NCBI GenBank assembly: GCA_016932475.1
Contig: JAFGCU010000120.1
Coordinates: forward strand, 4,562-68,561
Length of the DNA: 64,000 nt
Reading direction: 5' to 3'
Source of the DNA: Anaerolineales bacterium
GTDB taxonomy: Bacteria; Chloroflexota; Anaerolineae; Anaerolineales; RBG-16-64-43
The notes under the pieces were generated by a model. That model had not been told where the DNA came from. It made no database searches and worked only from the letters and a program-made list of their open reading frames with translations. The translations under genes were made by a program, and so were the position numbers. Below, piece after piece: positions 22,353 to 32,352 of this stretch (within the stretch, counting starts at the first letter, position 1; each line of letters starts with the position of its first letter).

Positions 22353-23777
22353 ATGACGGAAACCATCCGGTTCGACGACCGGCCCGGCGAGGAATGCGGG
22401 GTCGTCGGCATTTTCGCCCCCAGCGAAGACGTGGCCAGCATGGCCTACTTCGCGCTCTTCGCGCTGCAGCACCGCGGCCAGGAGGCGGCCGGGATCGCGG
22501 TCTGCGACGGTGAAACCGCGCGGATCCGCAAGGATACCGGCCTGGTCTCGCAGGTGTTCACCCCGGAGAACCTGCGCTCCCTGCGCGGCCGCTACGCCAT
22601 CGGCCACACCCGCTACTCCACCACCGGCTCCTCGGTCCTGCGCAATGCCCAGCCCTTCCTGATCGAAACCCGTTACGGGCCGCTGGCCATTTCCCACAAC
22701 GGGAACCTCGTCAACACCTACGCCCTGCGCCGCGGGCTGCTGCAGAAGGGGGTCGGCCTGCTTTCCTCGTCCGACAGCGAGGTGATCACGCTGATGCTGG
22801 CCGGCGCCGAAGGAGCGTCCTGGGAGGAGCGCATCCGCACGACGATGCCCAAATGGCGCGGCGCGTATTCGCTGGTGATCCTGACCCGCGAGGGCGTGTT
22901 CGCCGTGCGCGATCCCTGGGGTTTCCGCCCGCTCTCGGTCGGCCGCCTGAAGAGCGGCGGCCACGCCGCCGCGTCGGAATCCTGCGCGCTGCGGACGATC
23001 GGCTGCGAGGCGATCCGCGAGGTCAAGCCGGGCGAGGTGATCCGCCTTTCGAACACCGCCCTCTCCGTCCTGCAGGCGCTGCCGCCGGTGGAGCCTTCCG
23101 CGCTGTGCACATTCGAGCATATTTATTTCTCGCGCCCGGATTCGATCTGGGACGGGCGCAGCGTGCATCACATCCGCCAGCGGCTGGGCGTGGAACTCGC
23201 GCGCGAGGCGCCGGTTGAGGCGGATGTCGTCATCCCGGTCCCGGATTCGTCGATCCCCGCCGCGATCGGCTACGCCCGCGAGAGCGGCATCCCCTACAAC
23301 GACGGCTTCATAAAAAACCGCTACATCGGCCGCACCTTCATCGAGCCGACCGACAGCCTGCGCAAGCAGGGCGTGGCGCTCAAGTTCAACGTACTGGAGG
23401 AGAACCTGCGCGACCGGCGCGTGGTCGTGATCGACGACAGCATCGTTCGCGGGAACACCTCCGGCCCCCTGCTGCGCCTGCTGCGGGAGGCCGGCGCATG
23501 CGAAGTGCACCTGCGAATCACCTGCCCGCCGATCGTCAGCCCCTGCCACATGGGCGTGGATTTCGGCACCTGCGAAGAGCTGATCGCGCACCACCGAACG
23601 GTGGAGGAAATCTGCCGTCACGTGGGCGCCGACACGCTGCATTTCCTCTCGCTTCCGAGCATGATGCGCGCCATCGGCCGCGCGACCGGCTACTGCAACG
23701 CCTGCTACACCGGAGCCTACCCTCTGGACGTGGAGCCCGAACAAGCCAAGACCGGTTTTGAAAATTCGATCTGCTGA
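22353..23777 (+). CDS. purF: Amidophosphoribosyltransferase
   Basis: Has ECGVVGIF (N-terminal nucleophile Cys), HTRYSTTG, VVVIDDSIVRGNT (PRPP motif) and C-terminal Cys residues for an Fe-S cluster. Confidence 0.9.
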   Translation: MTETIRFDDRPGEECGVVGIFAPSEDVASMAYFALFALQHRGQEAAGIAVCDGETARIRKDTGLVSQVFTPENLRSLRGRYAIGHTRYSTTGSSVLRNAQPFLIETRYGPLAISHNGNLVNTYALRRGLLQKGVGLLSSSDSEVITLMLAGAEGASWEERIRTTMPKWRGAYSLVILTREGVFAVRDPWGFRPLSVGRLKSGGHAAASESCALRTIGCEAIREVKPGEVIRLSNTALSVLQALPPVEPSALCTFEHIYFSRPDSIWDGRSVHHIRQRLGVELAREAPVEADVVIPVPDSSIPAAIGYARESGIPYNDGFIKNRYIGRTFIEPTDSLRKQGVALKFNVLEENLRDRRVVVIDDSIVRGNTSGPLLRLLREAGACEVHLRITCPPIVSPCHMGVDFGTCEELIAHHRTVEEICRHVGADTLHFLSLPSMMRAIGRATGYCNACYTGAYPLDVEPEQAKTGFENSIC

Positions 23778-23857
23778 TCCCGCGCAGAATTGCGCGCGCA
23801 AATACCGGCGGACATCGCCTGCCGAATTTATCCTTAGCGAAAAAAGGAATTCCTCCA

Positions 23858-25579
23858 ATGGAAGAAATAAATCTCCCCGAAACCTTCAGTCTGCTATGGC
23901 CTGAAGGCGCCGACCCCTCTCCCGATCCGGACCGCCCGCGCTGGGGCGAGCGCACCCAGGCCGACCTCGGGATCGAAACGCTGGCCGCGCACCTCAGCCC
24001 CGATCCCCAATACACCCGGTCGATTCTTTCCTTCCTGCTCCCGCTGACATGCGACCCCGAAACCATCCGCTACCGGCAGGAGGTCCTCGAGGATTTCCTC
24101 CGCATCCCGGATATCACCGCAGTCTTCCAGGAGCTGCAGGCGCCGCTCCTGGAAATCGAGCGGCTGGGCGGGCCGGCCCCGGCGGAGCAGACCCCGCTGC
24201 AAAAAACGCTCTACCGCATGGGGGAACTGGAATTGTATGTGGATTGCGTCGAGAAGTTATGGACGGTGCTTTCGGCCAATCGCGGGAAGCTCAAATCGGC
24301 CGGGCTGCTCCAATTGTTCGGGCTTATCTCCGGCGTCCGGGGCGAACCGGCCTTCGCCGCCATGGCGGGAGAGCTGCCGAAACTGCGCGCCCGCTACGAT
24401 ACGATCGCCGGGATCACCATCGGCGTTAACCTCGACGACGGCTTGCGCCCGATCGGGGCGACCCTGCTCTCGATCCGCCGCACCCCGTTCAAGGAAGGGA
24501 CATTTCTGAGCAAACTTTTTGGAAAGGGCAGCCCCGAGGACGAACGGGGCATCGCCCCCATTCACGAACTGCCGCTCAAGCGCGTGTACGGCACGTACGC
24601 CTCCGTGGAAACGTTCGCCCGCGAGGATCCGGAGTTGTTCCCGCTGTTCAAGGACCTGGATGTCATCCTCAAGAGCATCACCAAGCCGATCGCGCAGATC
24701 CTCACCCAGTACCTGCAGGTCTGCACGCGCCCGCTAGCCGGCCTGGGCGATGAAGTGGTGTTTTACCTGAACGGCGCGCGTCTGATGAACCGGCTGATCG
24801 CCGCCGGGTTGCCCGTCTGCCGGCCGGAAATCGCCCCCATGGAGGAGCGCGTCTGCGAGATCGACGACCTCTACAACATCAACCTGGCGCTGGACCTGAT
24901 GGATACGCAGGCGCCGCAGACCCCGGCCAAGGCGGTTGTCCGCAACAGCATCCATTTCGGCGGGCAGGGCCGGATATTCATCCTGACCGGCCCCAACCGC
25001 GGCGGCAAAACCGTCTTCACCCGGGCCGTCGGGCTGGCGCAGGTCCTTTTCCAGGCGGGCCTGTCCGTCCCCGGCACCCGCGCGCGCATCAGCCCGGTGG
25101 AGGGAATCCTCTCGCACTTCCCGACCGAGGAGATGCCCAGCCTGGATGCCGGGCGCTTGGGCGAGGAGGCGGGGCGCATCCATGAGCTCTTCCGCCAAAT
25201 CACCCGCCACAGTCTGGTGCTGTTGAACGAATCGCTGTCCACGACTTCTCCGGGCGAGGGGCTTTACCTGGCGCGTGATGTCGTCCGCGCGATCCGCATG
25301 ATCGGCGCGCGCGCGCTCTACGCCACCCACCTGCACGAACTCGGCGACGTCGCGCGTATCAATGAAGACACCGCCGGCGACAGCCTGGCGGCGAGCCTGG
25401 TGGCCGGGAGCGAGACGACCGCCACCGCCGCCGAGGGCGGCGAACCTTCCGTCCGCCGCACGTATGAAATCAAGCCCGGCCCCCCGCAGGGCCTCAGCTA
25501 CGCGCGCGACATCGCGCGCAGATATGGGATCGAGCTGAATCAGATTATTTCCACATTGAAGGAGCGGCAAGTGCTGTAA
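23858..25579 (+). CDS. MutS-related ATPase (MutS domain V only; no mismatch-binding or Smr domain seen)
   Basis: Contains TGPNRGGKTVFTRAVGLAQVLFQAG (Walker A), LVLLNESLSTTSPGEG and YATHLHEL. The N-terminal 300 aa are helical and unassigned. Confidence 0.75.
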   Translation: MEEINLPETFSLLWPEGADPSPDPDRPRWGERTQADLGIETLAAHLSPDPQYTRSILSFLLPLTCDPETIRYRQEVLEDFLRIPDITAVFQELQAPLLEIERLGGPAPAEQTPLQKTLYRMGELELYVDCVEKLWTVLSANRGKLKSAGLLQLFGLISGVRGEPAFAAMAGELPKLRARYDTIAGITIGVNLDDGLRPIGATLLSIRRTPFKEGTFLSKLFGKGSPEDERGIAPIHELPLKRVYGTYASVETFAREDPELFPLFKDLDVILKSITKPIAQILTQYLQVCTRPLAGLGDEVVFYLNGARLMNRLIAAGLPVCRPEIAPMEERVCEIDDLYNINLALDLMDTQAPQTPAKAVVRNSIHFGGQGRIFILTGPNRGGKTVFTRAVGLAQVLFQAGLSVPGTRARISPVEGILSHFPTEEMPSLDAGRLGEEAGRIHELFRQITRHSLVLLNESLSTTSPGEGLYLARDVVRAIRMIGARALYATHLHELGDVARINEDTAGDSLAASLVAGSETTATAAEGGEPSVRRTYEIKPGPPQGLSYARDIARRYGIELNQIISTLKERQVL

Positions 25580-25586
25580 ACGGAAT

Positions 25587-25628
25587 CCTCCCCCGTTTAT
25601 CGATCTTGTTCTTGATAAACGGGGGAGG
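25587..25628 (+). repeat. 15-bp perfect-stem hairpin right after the MutS-related gene
   Basis: cctcccccgtttatc (25587-25601) pairs with gataaacgggggagg (25614-25628). It is followed by ggaggacaaaggaggggg. Confidence 0.85.
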
Positions 25629-25642
25629 ACAAAGGAGGGGGT

Positions 25643-25751
25643 GCAAATCCAATGCGAATGATTCGTGAGCGGGGCAGCAAAACTGCTCGCCTTTGAACGT
25701 TGAGCAGTTTTGATTGCGCCTGCCCTGCGCCTTATGCAGGGAAGCGAGGGG
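25643..25751 (+). repeat. ~110-nt three-hairpin element, copy 2
   Basis: gcaaatccaatgcgaatgattcgtgagcgggg cagcaaaactgctc ... gagcagttttg ... cctgccctgcgccttatgcagggaagcgagggg. Collinear with 15376-15485. Confidence 0.8.
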
Positions 25752-25792
25752 ACAGAGGAGGGGGCCACCTCACCCTGCCCTTCTCCCAGCTC

Positions 25793-25857
25793 TTGCCCTT
25801 GCGGAGTGCGCTGGCTCGTTCTACTCTTGGAGCCTGCGCGATCACGGAGCAAGGGGA
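25793..25857 (+). repeat. Nested-hairpin intergenic repeat, family A copy 3
   Basis: Outer stem cccttgc/gcaaggg (25796-25802 / 25849-25855), a compensated variant of ccctcgc/gcgaggg. Inner stem gcgctggctc/gagcctgcgc. Confidence 0.8.
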
Positions 25858-26152
25858 TGCCGGGAGAGGGTTCTAAATCCCTTTTCCTCGCGCCCGCCTC
25901 CAGCGCGTGCCTTTTTGTGAGACAAAGGATCGATTTGTTCCGGGTATCTGCATAATCACAGAACAAGCAGAAGCTTGATGAGGGACGGACATTTCAAACT
26001 CTCCCTTCTCCCAGCATCAGCTGGGAGAAGGTGGCCGAAGGCCGGATGAGGGGGGTATGGTACAATTCCCAAAAGCGGCGGAAAAAACTCCGCCCCCCCG
26101 GTTCTCCGTTTTTATACATTCCATTTGGAATTGATCGGGTTGCATAATTATT

Positions 26153-26184
26153 AACGGCCTGTCTCCAGGCCGGTTCGTTTTTTT
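26153..26184 (+). terminator. Orphan rho-independent terminator in the long gap upstream of purD
   Basis: aacggcct gtctcc aggccggtt (8 bp plus 1 bulge) followed by cgttttttt. No annotated plus-strand gene ends nearby. Confidence 0.5.
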
Positions 26185-26564
26185 CATATAAAGGTCGTGC
26201 CGAATGGCGCAGCTACAAATGGAAAACCTCTCCAGGATCTTCCACGTGCCCGCCGGAGCTACCGGCCTCGCGGGATCGCCGGACGCGCGGATGTCATTCC
26301 CGCTCCCGGCGCAAAACACAGCGGAGCCTCCGCGCTGCCCGCTCCACCGATCTGCGCGCGCGGCGAAAGGGATAATCACCCGGGTCCTGCCGTCCGCCTT
26401 CTTCGCCTACTATCCAACCTTGCAGCTAGTGGATAAAATGACCATGCTGCCCCTGTTAAATTTTTCCGCCCCGCGGACCGGCCTGGCGGCGGCCGCACGT
26501 GTCCGGAGGCGTTGCCGGGGCTCCCGCCGGGGAACCGGATCCTGATCCTTCAAAGGAGCGCGAC

Positions 26565-27860
26565 ATGAGAGTGCTGTTGATCGGTTCGGGAGGAAGAGAA
26601 CACGCGCTGGCCTGGAAACTGGCCCAATCTCCGCTCTTGAAAGCACTCTTTATTGCGCCCGGCAACGCCGGCACCGCCCGCCTCCACGCGCCGGGGGTGG
26701 AGATCGCCAACCTGCCCGTCGACGTATCGGAAAAACCAGCCCTGGTCGCCACGGCGCTGGAAAAAAAGATCGATTTGGTGGTGATCGGTCCGGAAGCGCC
26801 GCTGGCCGCGGGCCTGGCGGATGATTTCCGGGTGAAGGGACTGGCCGTCTTCGGCCCGTCGCGCGCCGCCGCGGAGATTGAAAGCTCGAAGGTCTTCGCC
26901 AAGGAATTTATGCAGCGGCGCCGGATCCCCTCCGCGAAATTTTCGACCTTCCACGATTTCAACCGGGCCCTGGCTTACCTCCAGGAACTGGAACGGCCGG
27001 TGGTGATTAAAGCCGACGGCCTTGCCGCCGGCAAAGGCGTGATCCTCCCGGAGAATCCCGGCCAGGCGGAGGCGGCGCTGCGCCAGATCATGATCGAAAA
27101 GACATTCGGCGCGGCCGGCGACAAGGTGGTATTCGAGGAAAAACTCGCGGGCCCGGAAGTCTCGTTGTTCGGGTTCACCGACGGCACGACGCTGAAAGCC
27201 ACCATCCCCGCCCAGGACCACAAACGGATTTTCGACGGCGACCGCGGACCGAACACCGGCGGCATGGGCGCCTACGCGCCTGTCCCGGTGTGCGCGCCCG
27301 CGATGGCGGAAAAAATCACCCGCGATGTGCTCCAGGCGGCCGTCAACGGGCTGCGCGAGGAAGGCCGCCCGTTTGTCGGCGTCCTGTACGGCGGCCTGAT
27401 GCTCACAAGCGAAGGGCCCAAAGTGATCGAATTCAACTGCCGCTTCGGGGATCCGGAAACCCAGGTGATCCTCCCGCTCCTCGAAAGCGACCTGCTCGAG
27501 ATCCTCATGGCCTGCGCGACCGGGCGGCTGGCGGAAGTGGACATCCAGTGGAGCAAAGGCGCGGCGGCGTCCGTGGTGATCGCTTCGGATGGCTACCCGG
27601 GCAAGTACCCCGTCGGCCGGCCGATCGCCGGACTCGACCAGAATACGCCGGATTCCTTCATCTTCCATGCCGGCACGAAGGAACAGGACGGCCGAATCGT
27701 CACCGCCGGCGGGCGGGTTTTATGCGCGACCGGGTGGGGCGAAAATATCGAGCAGGCGTTAAAATCAGCCTACGCCGCCATCGGGCCGGTCCGTTTTGAG
27801 GGAATGCACTACCGCAAGGATATCGGCCGCCGGGCGGTTACGGGAATTCTCCATGGCTAA
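26565..27860 (+). CDS. purD: Phosphoribosylamine-glycine ligase
   Basis: MRVLLIGSGGREHALAWKL and the ATP-grasp core. AAGGAG precedes the ATG at 26565. Confidence 0.9.
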   Translation: MRVLLIGSGGREHALAWKLAQSPLLKALFIAPGNAGTARLHAPGVEIANLPVDVSEKPALVATALEKKIDLVVIGPEAPLAAGLADDFRVKGLAVFGPSRAAAEIESSKVFAKEFMQRRRIPSAKFSTFHDFNRALAYLQELERPVVIKADGLAAGKGVILPENPGQAEAALRQIMIEKTFGAAGDKVVFEEKLAGPEVSLFGFTDGTTLKATIPAQDHKRIFDGDRGPNTGGMGAYAPVPVCAPAMAEKITRDVLQAAVNGLREEGRPFVGVLYGGLMLTSEGPKVIEFNCRFGDPETQVILPLLESDLLEILMACATGRLAEVDIQWSKGAAASVVIASDGYPGKYPVGRPIAGLDQNTPDSFIFHAGTKEQDGRIVTAGGRVLCATGWGENIEQALKSAYAAIGPVRFEGMHYRKDIGRRAVTGILHG

Positions 27861-28908
27861 AAATCCCTCCCCCGCGCACGCCTCGAAACCCTCCAATTAC
27901 GCCGCCGCCGGCGTGGATATGGACGTCAAGTACCGGGCGGTGGAACTGATGACCGCCGCGGTGAAATCCACCTACGGACCGGAAGTCCTGGCCGGCATCG
28001 GCGCGTTCGGCGGCCTGTTCGATGCCAGCGGGATCCTGCGAGAAATGCGCGCCCCCGTCCTGGTCGGCTCGACCGACGGGGTGGGCACCAAAGTGAAGCT
28101 CGCCGCCAAGACCGGCCGCTGTGCCACGCTCGGCGAAGACATCGTCAATCATTGCATTAACGACATCCTCGTCCAGGGCGCGCGCCCGCTCTTCTTCCTC
28201 GATTACTTCGCCTCCTCAAAACTTAATCCAACGGTCATCGCAGACATCGTCGGCGGAATGGCCAAGGCTTGCCGCGAAGCGGGCTGCGCCCTGATCGGCG
28301 GCGAGACGGCTGAGATGCCGGGCGTGTACCAACCCGGTGAATTCGACGTGGCCGGAACGATCGTCGGCGCGGTGGACCGCGAACGCATCCTTCCGAAGAA
28401 AGACCTGCGCCCGGGCGACCTGCTGATCGGAATCCGCTCCACCGGTCCCCACACCAACGGCTATTCGCTCATCCGTAAAATTTTTGAAAGCACGCCGCTG
28501 GAAACGGTTTTTCCGGAATTGGGCGTTCCGCTCGCGGAGGCGCTGCTTGCGCCGCACCGCTCCTACCTGCCGCTGCTCAAACCGCTTCTGGCGGCCGAAA
28601 ATCCGCCCGTCAAGGCGCTGGCCCACCTCACCGGCGGCGGTTGGATCGAAAATCCCATCCGCGTGTTCCCGGAGGGGATCGGCGCCGAAGTGAAACTCGG
28701 CTCGTGGCCGGTTCCCCCGCTCTTCTCGATCATCCAGCAGCAGGGCGAAGTGGACGCGAAGGAGATGCACCGGGTGTTCAATATGGGGATCGGAATGCTG
28801 CTCGTGGCCGCGAAAGAGGATGCCGGGCGGGTGCGCGCGGCGATTTCCGAAGAAACGTGGATCGTCGGCGAATTAATCGCCGGCAAGCGCGAAGTCATCC
28901 TGAAATAA
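27853..28908 (+). CDS. purM: Phosphoribosylformylglycinamidine cyclo-ligase
   Basis: Contains YAAAGVDMD, GTDGVGTK, DYFA and LAHLTGGG. An 8-nt overlap with purD. Confidence 0.9.
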   Translation: MAKNPSPAHASKPSNYAAAGVDMDVKYRAVELMTAAVKSTYGPEVLAGIGAFGGLFDASGILREMRAPVLVGSTDGVGTKVKLAAKTGRCATLGEDIVNHCINDILVQGARPLFFLDYFASSKLNPTVIADIVGGMAKACREAGCALIGGETAEMPGVYQPGEFDVAGTIVGAVDRERILPKKDLRPGDLLIGIRSTGPHTNGYSLIRKIFESTPLETVFPELGVPLAEALLAPHRSYLPLLKPLLAAENPPVKALAHLTGGGWIENPIRVFPEGIGAEVKLGSWPVPPLFSIIQQQGEVDAKEMHRVFNMGIGMLLVAAKEDAGRVRAAISEETWIVGELIAGKREVILK

Positions 28909-28920
28909 CCGGGAGATACA

Positions 28921-30093
28921 GTGTCGAAAGAAATCACTCTGCGCTACGGCGCCAATCCCAATCAAACCCCGGCCCGGGCGTACGTAAACCGCGGCGAACT
29001 GCCATTCCAGGCGCTGGGCGGCGCGCCCGGCTACATCAACCTGCTGGACGCGCTCAATTCCTGGCAGCTGGTGGCGGAATTGAAGCAGTCGACCGGGCTG
29101 CCCGCCGCGGCCTCCTTCAAGCACGTCAGCCCGTCCGGCGCGGCGGTCGGCGTCCCGCTCCCCGAAGCGCTGCGCAAGGCGTATTTCGTAGACGACCTCG
29201 AGCTTTCCCCGCTCGCCGCCGCCTACGCCCGCGCCCGCGGCGTGGACCGCATGTCTTCGTTCGGGGATTGGATCGCCCTCTCCGATCCGGTCGACGAATC
29301 CACCGCCCGGCTGATCAGCCGCGAAGTCTCCGACGGGGTCATCGCGCCGGGGTATGAACCCGCGGCGCTGAAAATCCTCACCGCCAAAAAATCCGGCAAG
29401 TACGTCGTCCTGCAGATCGATCCCGGATACGTCCCCGATCCGGTCGAACGGCGGGAAGTGTTCGGGATCACGCTCGAGCAGCATCGCAACGACCGGCCGG
29501 TGAGCAACGAGGATTTCCGGAATATCGTCACAACCAAGAAGGACCTGCCGGAAGGCGCGCTCCGGGATATGCGGATCGCCTGGATCACGCTCAAGTACAC
29601 GCAGTCGAATTCGGTCTGTTTCGCCGCGGACGGCCAGGTGATCGGTGTGGGCGCGGGCCAGCAATCGCGCATCCATTGCACCCGCCTCGCGGGAGTCAAG
29701 GCGGATCTGTGGCGGCTGCGGCAGCACCCCGCCGTGCTCGGGCTGAAATTCCAGCCCGGCGTCAAACGCCCGGACCGCGACAACGCCATCGACCAGTACC
29801 TGCGCGACGACGTCACCCCGGCCGAAAAAAGCGGCTGGAAGGATATCTTCGCCGAACCGCCGCAGCCGCTCGACGCCGGGGAAAAAATCGAGTGGGCGCG
29901 CGGCCTTCGGGGAGTCGTGCTCGGATCCGACGCCTTTTTCCCGTTCCGGGATTCGATCGACCGGGCTTCGCAGAGCGGCGTGCAATACGTCCTGCAACCC
30001 GGCGGCTCCAACCGCGACGACGCCGTGATCCAGGCCTGCGACCAATACGGCATGGTGATGGTGTTCTCCGGAGTCCGGCTGTTTCATCACTGA
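28921..30093 (+). CDS. AICAR-transformylase-domain-only PurH paralog (no MGS-like IMP cyclohydrolase domain)
   Basis: 390 aa. LRYGANPNQ and FKHVSPSG compare with LRYGENPHQ and VKHVSPCG in the full-length purH at 30797. C-terminal motifs are SDAFFPF and QPGGS.RD. GTG start after GGGAGA. Confidence 0.8.
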   Translation: MSKEITLRYGANPNQTPARAYVNRGELPFQALGGAPGYINLLDALNSWQLVAELKQSTGLPAAASFKHVSPSGAAVGVPLPEALRKAYFVDDLELSPLAAAYARARGVDRMSSFGDWIALSDPVDESTARLISREVSDGVIAPGYEPAALKILTAKKSGKYVVLQIDPGYVPDPVERREVFGITLEQHRNDRPVSNEDFRNIVTTKKDLPEGALRDMRIAWITLKYTQSNSVCFAADGQVIGVGAGQQSRIHCTRLAGVKADLWRLRQHPAVLGLKFQPGVKRPDRDNAIDQYLRDDVTPAEKSGWKDIFAEPPQPLDAGEKIEWARGLRGVVLGSDAFFPFRDSIDRASQSGVQYVLQPGGSNRDDAVIQACDQYGMVMVFSGVRLFHH

Positions 30094-30101
30094 GGAAACG
30101 G

Positions 30102-30695
30102 ATGACCGATCAATCCCGCCTCGTCGTCCTCGTCTCCGGCAGCGGCACCAACCTGCAGGCAATTCTGGACGCCTGCAAGGATGGAACGCTTCCTGCGCGG
30201 GTGGCGGCGGTCGTCTCGAATAAAAACGACGCCTTCGGGCTCGAACGCGCGCGGCGCGCCGGTGTGCCGGCGGTCGCCAAGCCCCGCCCAAAGGAACAGG
30301 ACCGCCGGGAGTATGATGCGGAATTGGCGGACGTGGTCGCCTCATACCGGCCGGATTGGGTGATCCTGGCGGGTTGGATGCGGGTGCTTTCCTCAAATTT
30401 CCTCTCCCGCTTCCCAAACCGGGTGATGAATTTGCATCCCGCCCTGCCCGGCACTTTTCCCGGCACGCACGCGATCGAACGCGCGTTCGAAGCCTTCCAG
30501 CGCGGAGAGCTCCGCGCCACGGGCGTGATGATCCACCTGGTGCCGGACGAAGGAGTCGATTGCGGTCCGGTCCTGCTCCAGGAAGAGGTGCCGATCCTCG
30601 CCGGGGATACGCTCGAGATGCTGGAAGCCCGGATCCATTCCGTCGAACACCGGCTGCTGGTGGCGGCGATTAAGAACGCAATCGAGGAACACTAA
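30102..30695 (+). CDS. purN: Phosphoribosylglycinamide formyltransferase
   Basis: Contains RLVVLVSGSGTNLQAI, LAGWMRVL and NLHPALPG. Confidence 0.9.
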   Translation: MTDQSRLVVLVSGSGTNLQAILDACKDGTLPARVAAVVSNKNDAFGLERARRAGVPAVAKPRPKEQDRREYDAELADVVASYRPDWVILAGWMRVLSSNFLSRFPNRVMNLHPALPGTFPGTHAIERAFEAFQRGELRATGVMIHLVPDEGVDCGPVLLQEEVPILAGDTLEMLEARIHSVEHRLLVAAIKNAIEEH

Positions 30696-30777
30696 CCTTC
30701 CTCACCCCCTCCCCCGTCCTTTGCAGGAAAACGGCGACGCCGTGCCGCCACGGAACGGGGGAAGGGGGTGAGGAAGG
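30696..30777 (+). repeat. 22-bp-stem hairpin starting immediately after the purN stop
   Basis: ccttcctcaccccctcccccgt (30696-30717) pairs with acgggggaagggggtgaggaagg (30755-30777), with one bulged base. Confidence 0.85.
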
Positions 30778-30796
30778 ATAAAAAGAAAGGCGGATC

Positions 30797-32302
30797 ATGC
30801 CCAAAGCGATCCTCTCCGTTCACGATAAAACCGGCCTGGTGGAATTTGCGCGCGGCCTGCTGGCGCTTAATTGGACCCTCATCGCTTCGGGCGGGACGGC
30901 CAAGCTCCTGCGCGAGAGCGGGATACCCGTCACCGAAGTCGCCGAGTACACCGGTTCACCGGAGATCCTCGGCGGGCGGGTTAAAACACTCCATCCGGCG
31001 ATCCACGGCGGCCTGCTCGCCCGCGCGAACCAGACGGACCTTGGAGAACTGAAGAAGCTCGGCTGGGATTACCTCGACCTGGTGGCGTGCAACCTGTACC
31101 CGTTCCAGCAAACGGTCGCCAAGCCGGGCGTCACGCTCGACGAAGCGATCGAGAACATCGACATCGGCGGCGTGACCCTCATCCGCGCGGCCGCCAAGAA
31201 CCATCAGCGGGTGATCCTGTGCTGCGATCCGGCCGATTACCCGGCCGTGCTCGACGCGCTGCGCGCGGGAACGGTGGACGAAGCCGCGCGCCGCAAGCTC
31301 GCAGGGAAGGGATTTGGGATGACCGCCGAGTATGATGCGGCGATCCATGCCTACCTGGCCGGCGGCGATGCGCCGCTGCGGATCCTCGCGCATCCTCAGC
31401 AGAAACTCCGCTACGGCGAAAATCCGCACCAGACCGCGGCCATTTATGCGTATGCGCCCGGCGCCGGCCCCCTGGGCGGGAAGGTTCTGCAGGGCAAGGA
31501 ACTTTCCTACACCAACCTGCTGGATATGGACGCCGCCTGGCGCACCGCGGTCGGTTTCGAACGCCCGACCGTGGCGATCGTCAAACACGTCTCGCCGTGC
31601 GGGGTCGCCTGCGCAAGCGAACTCCCCGACGCGTTCCGCGGCGCGCTTGCGTCCGATCCGGTTTCGGCCTACGGCGGCGTGGTCGCGGCCAACCGTCCCG
31701 TGGACGAAGCCACCGTCAAGGCGATGGGAAACCTGTTCATTGAATGCATCATCGCGCCCGGCTTCTCCGCCGGCGCGCGCGAGGAGCTCGCCAGGCGCAA
31801 GAACTGCCGGCTGCTGGAGATGCCGGACACGGTCATCGAACCCGCATTCGAATTCCGCTCGGTGACGCGCGGCGTGCTGATGCAGGATTCGGATTTCGGC
31901 GATCCGGCCCTAACCCCGGAATGGAAAGTGGTCAGCAGGCGCACTCCGTCCGCGGAGGAAATGAAGGATCTGCGCTTCGCCTGGAAGGCGTGCCAGTTCG
32001 TGCGCTCCAATGCGATCGTCTTCGCCCACAGCGAAGCCACGGTCGGCATCGGCGGCGGGCAGCCGAACCGCGTGGATTGCGTGCGGATCGCCGCCCAGCG
32101 CGCGGGCGAGAAGGCCCAGGGCGCGGTGATGGCCTCGGACGCCTTCTTCCCGTTCCCGGATTCAGTCCAGGTCGCCGCGGAGGCCGGCATCACCGCCGTC
32201 ATCCATCCCGGCGGATCGGTGCGCGATGCCGAAGCGATCGCCGCGGCCGACGCAGCCGGGATGGCCATGGTCGTCACCGGCGTGCGGCACTTCAAGCATT
32301 GA
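30797..32302 (+). CDS. purH: Bifunctional AICAR transformylase / IMP cyclohydrolase
   Basis: 501 aa. N-terminal MGS-like domain ([15 protein letters not shown]; GGRVKTLHP) plus the AICARFT domain. Confidence 0.92.
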   Translation: MPKAILSVHDKTGLVEFARGLLALNWTLIASGGTAKLLRESGIPVTEVAEYTGSPEILGGRVKTLHPAIHGGLLARANQTDLGELKKLGWDYLDLVACNLYPFQQTVAKPGVTLDEAIENIDIGGVTLIRAAAKNHQRVILCCDPADYPAVLDALRAGTVDEAARRKLAGKGFGMTAEYDAAIHAYLAGGDAPLRILAHPQQKLRYGENPHQTAAIYAYAPGAGPLGGKVLQGKELSYTNLLDMDAAWRTAVGFERPTVAIVKHVSPCGVACASELPDAFRGALASDPVSAYGGVVAANRPVDEATVKAMGNLFIECIIAPGFSAGAREELARRKNCRLLEMPDTVIEPAFEFRSVTRGVLMQDSDFGDPALTPEWKVVSRRTPSAEEMKDLRFAWKACQFVRSNAIVFAHSEATVGIGGGQPNRVDCVRIAAQRAGEKAQGAVMASDAFFPFPDSVQVAAEAGITAVIHPGGSVRDAEAIAAADAAGMAMVVTGVRHFKH

Positions 32303-32352
32303 CAATCGGCAAGGCCGGGTCAGTGACCCGCCCTTACAACATCAGGAGGCTC

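Noticed and set aside
26192-26270. ggtcgtgccgaatggcgcag ... cccgccggagc looked superficially like the ZTP (pfl) riboswitch motifs GGGUCGUGACUGGCG and CCGCCUGGGC, in a sensible place upstream of purD.
   Set aside because: The conserved UGACUGGCG core is interrupted and the 3' box differs at positions that should be invariant. I cannot draw the P1 stem or the pseudoknot. It is not supportable without a covariance-model scan.
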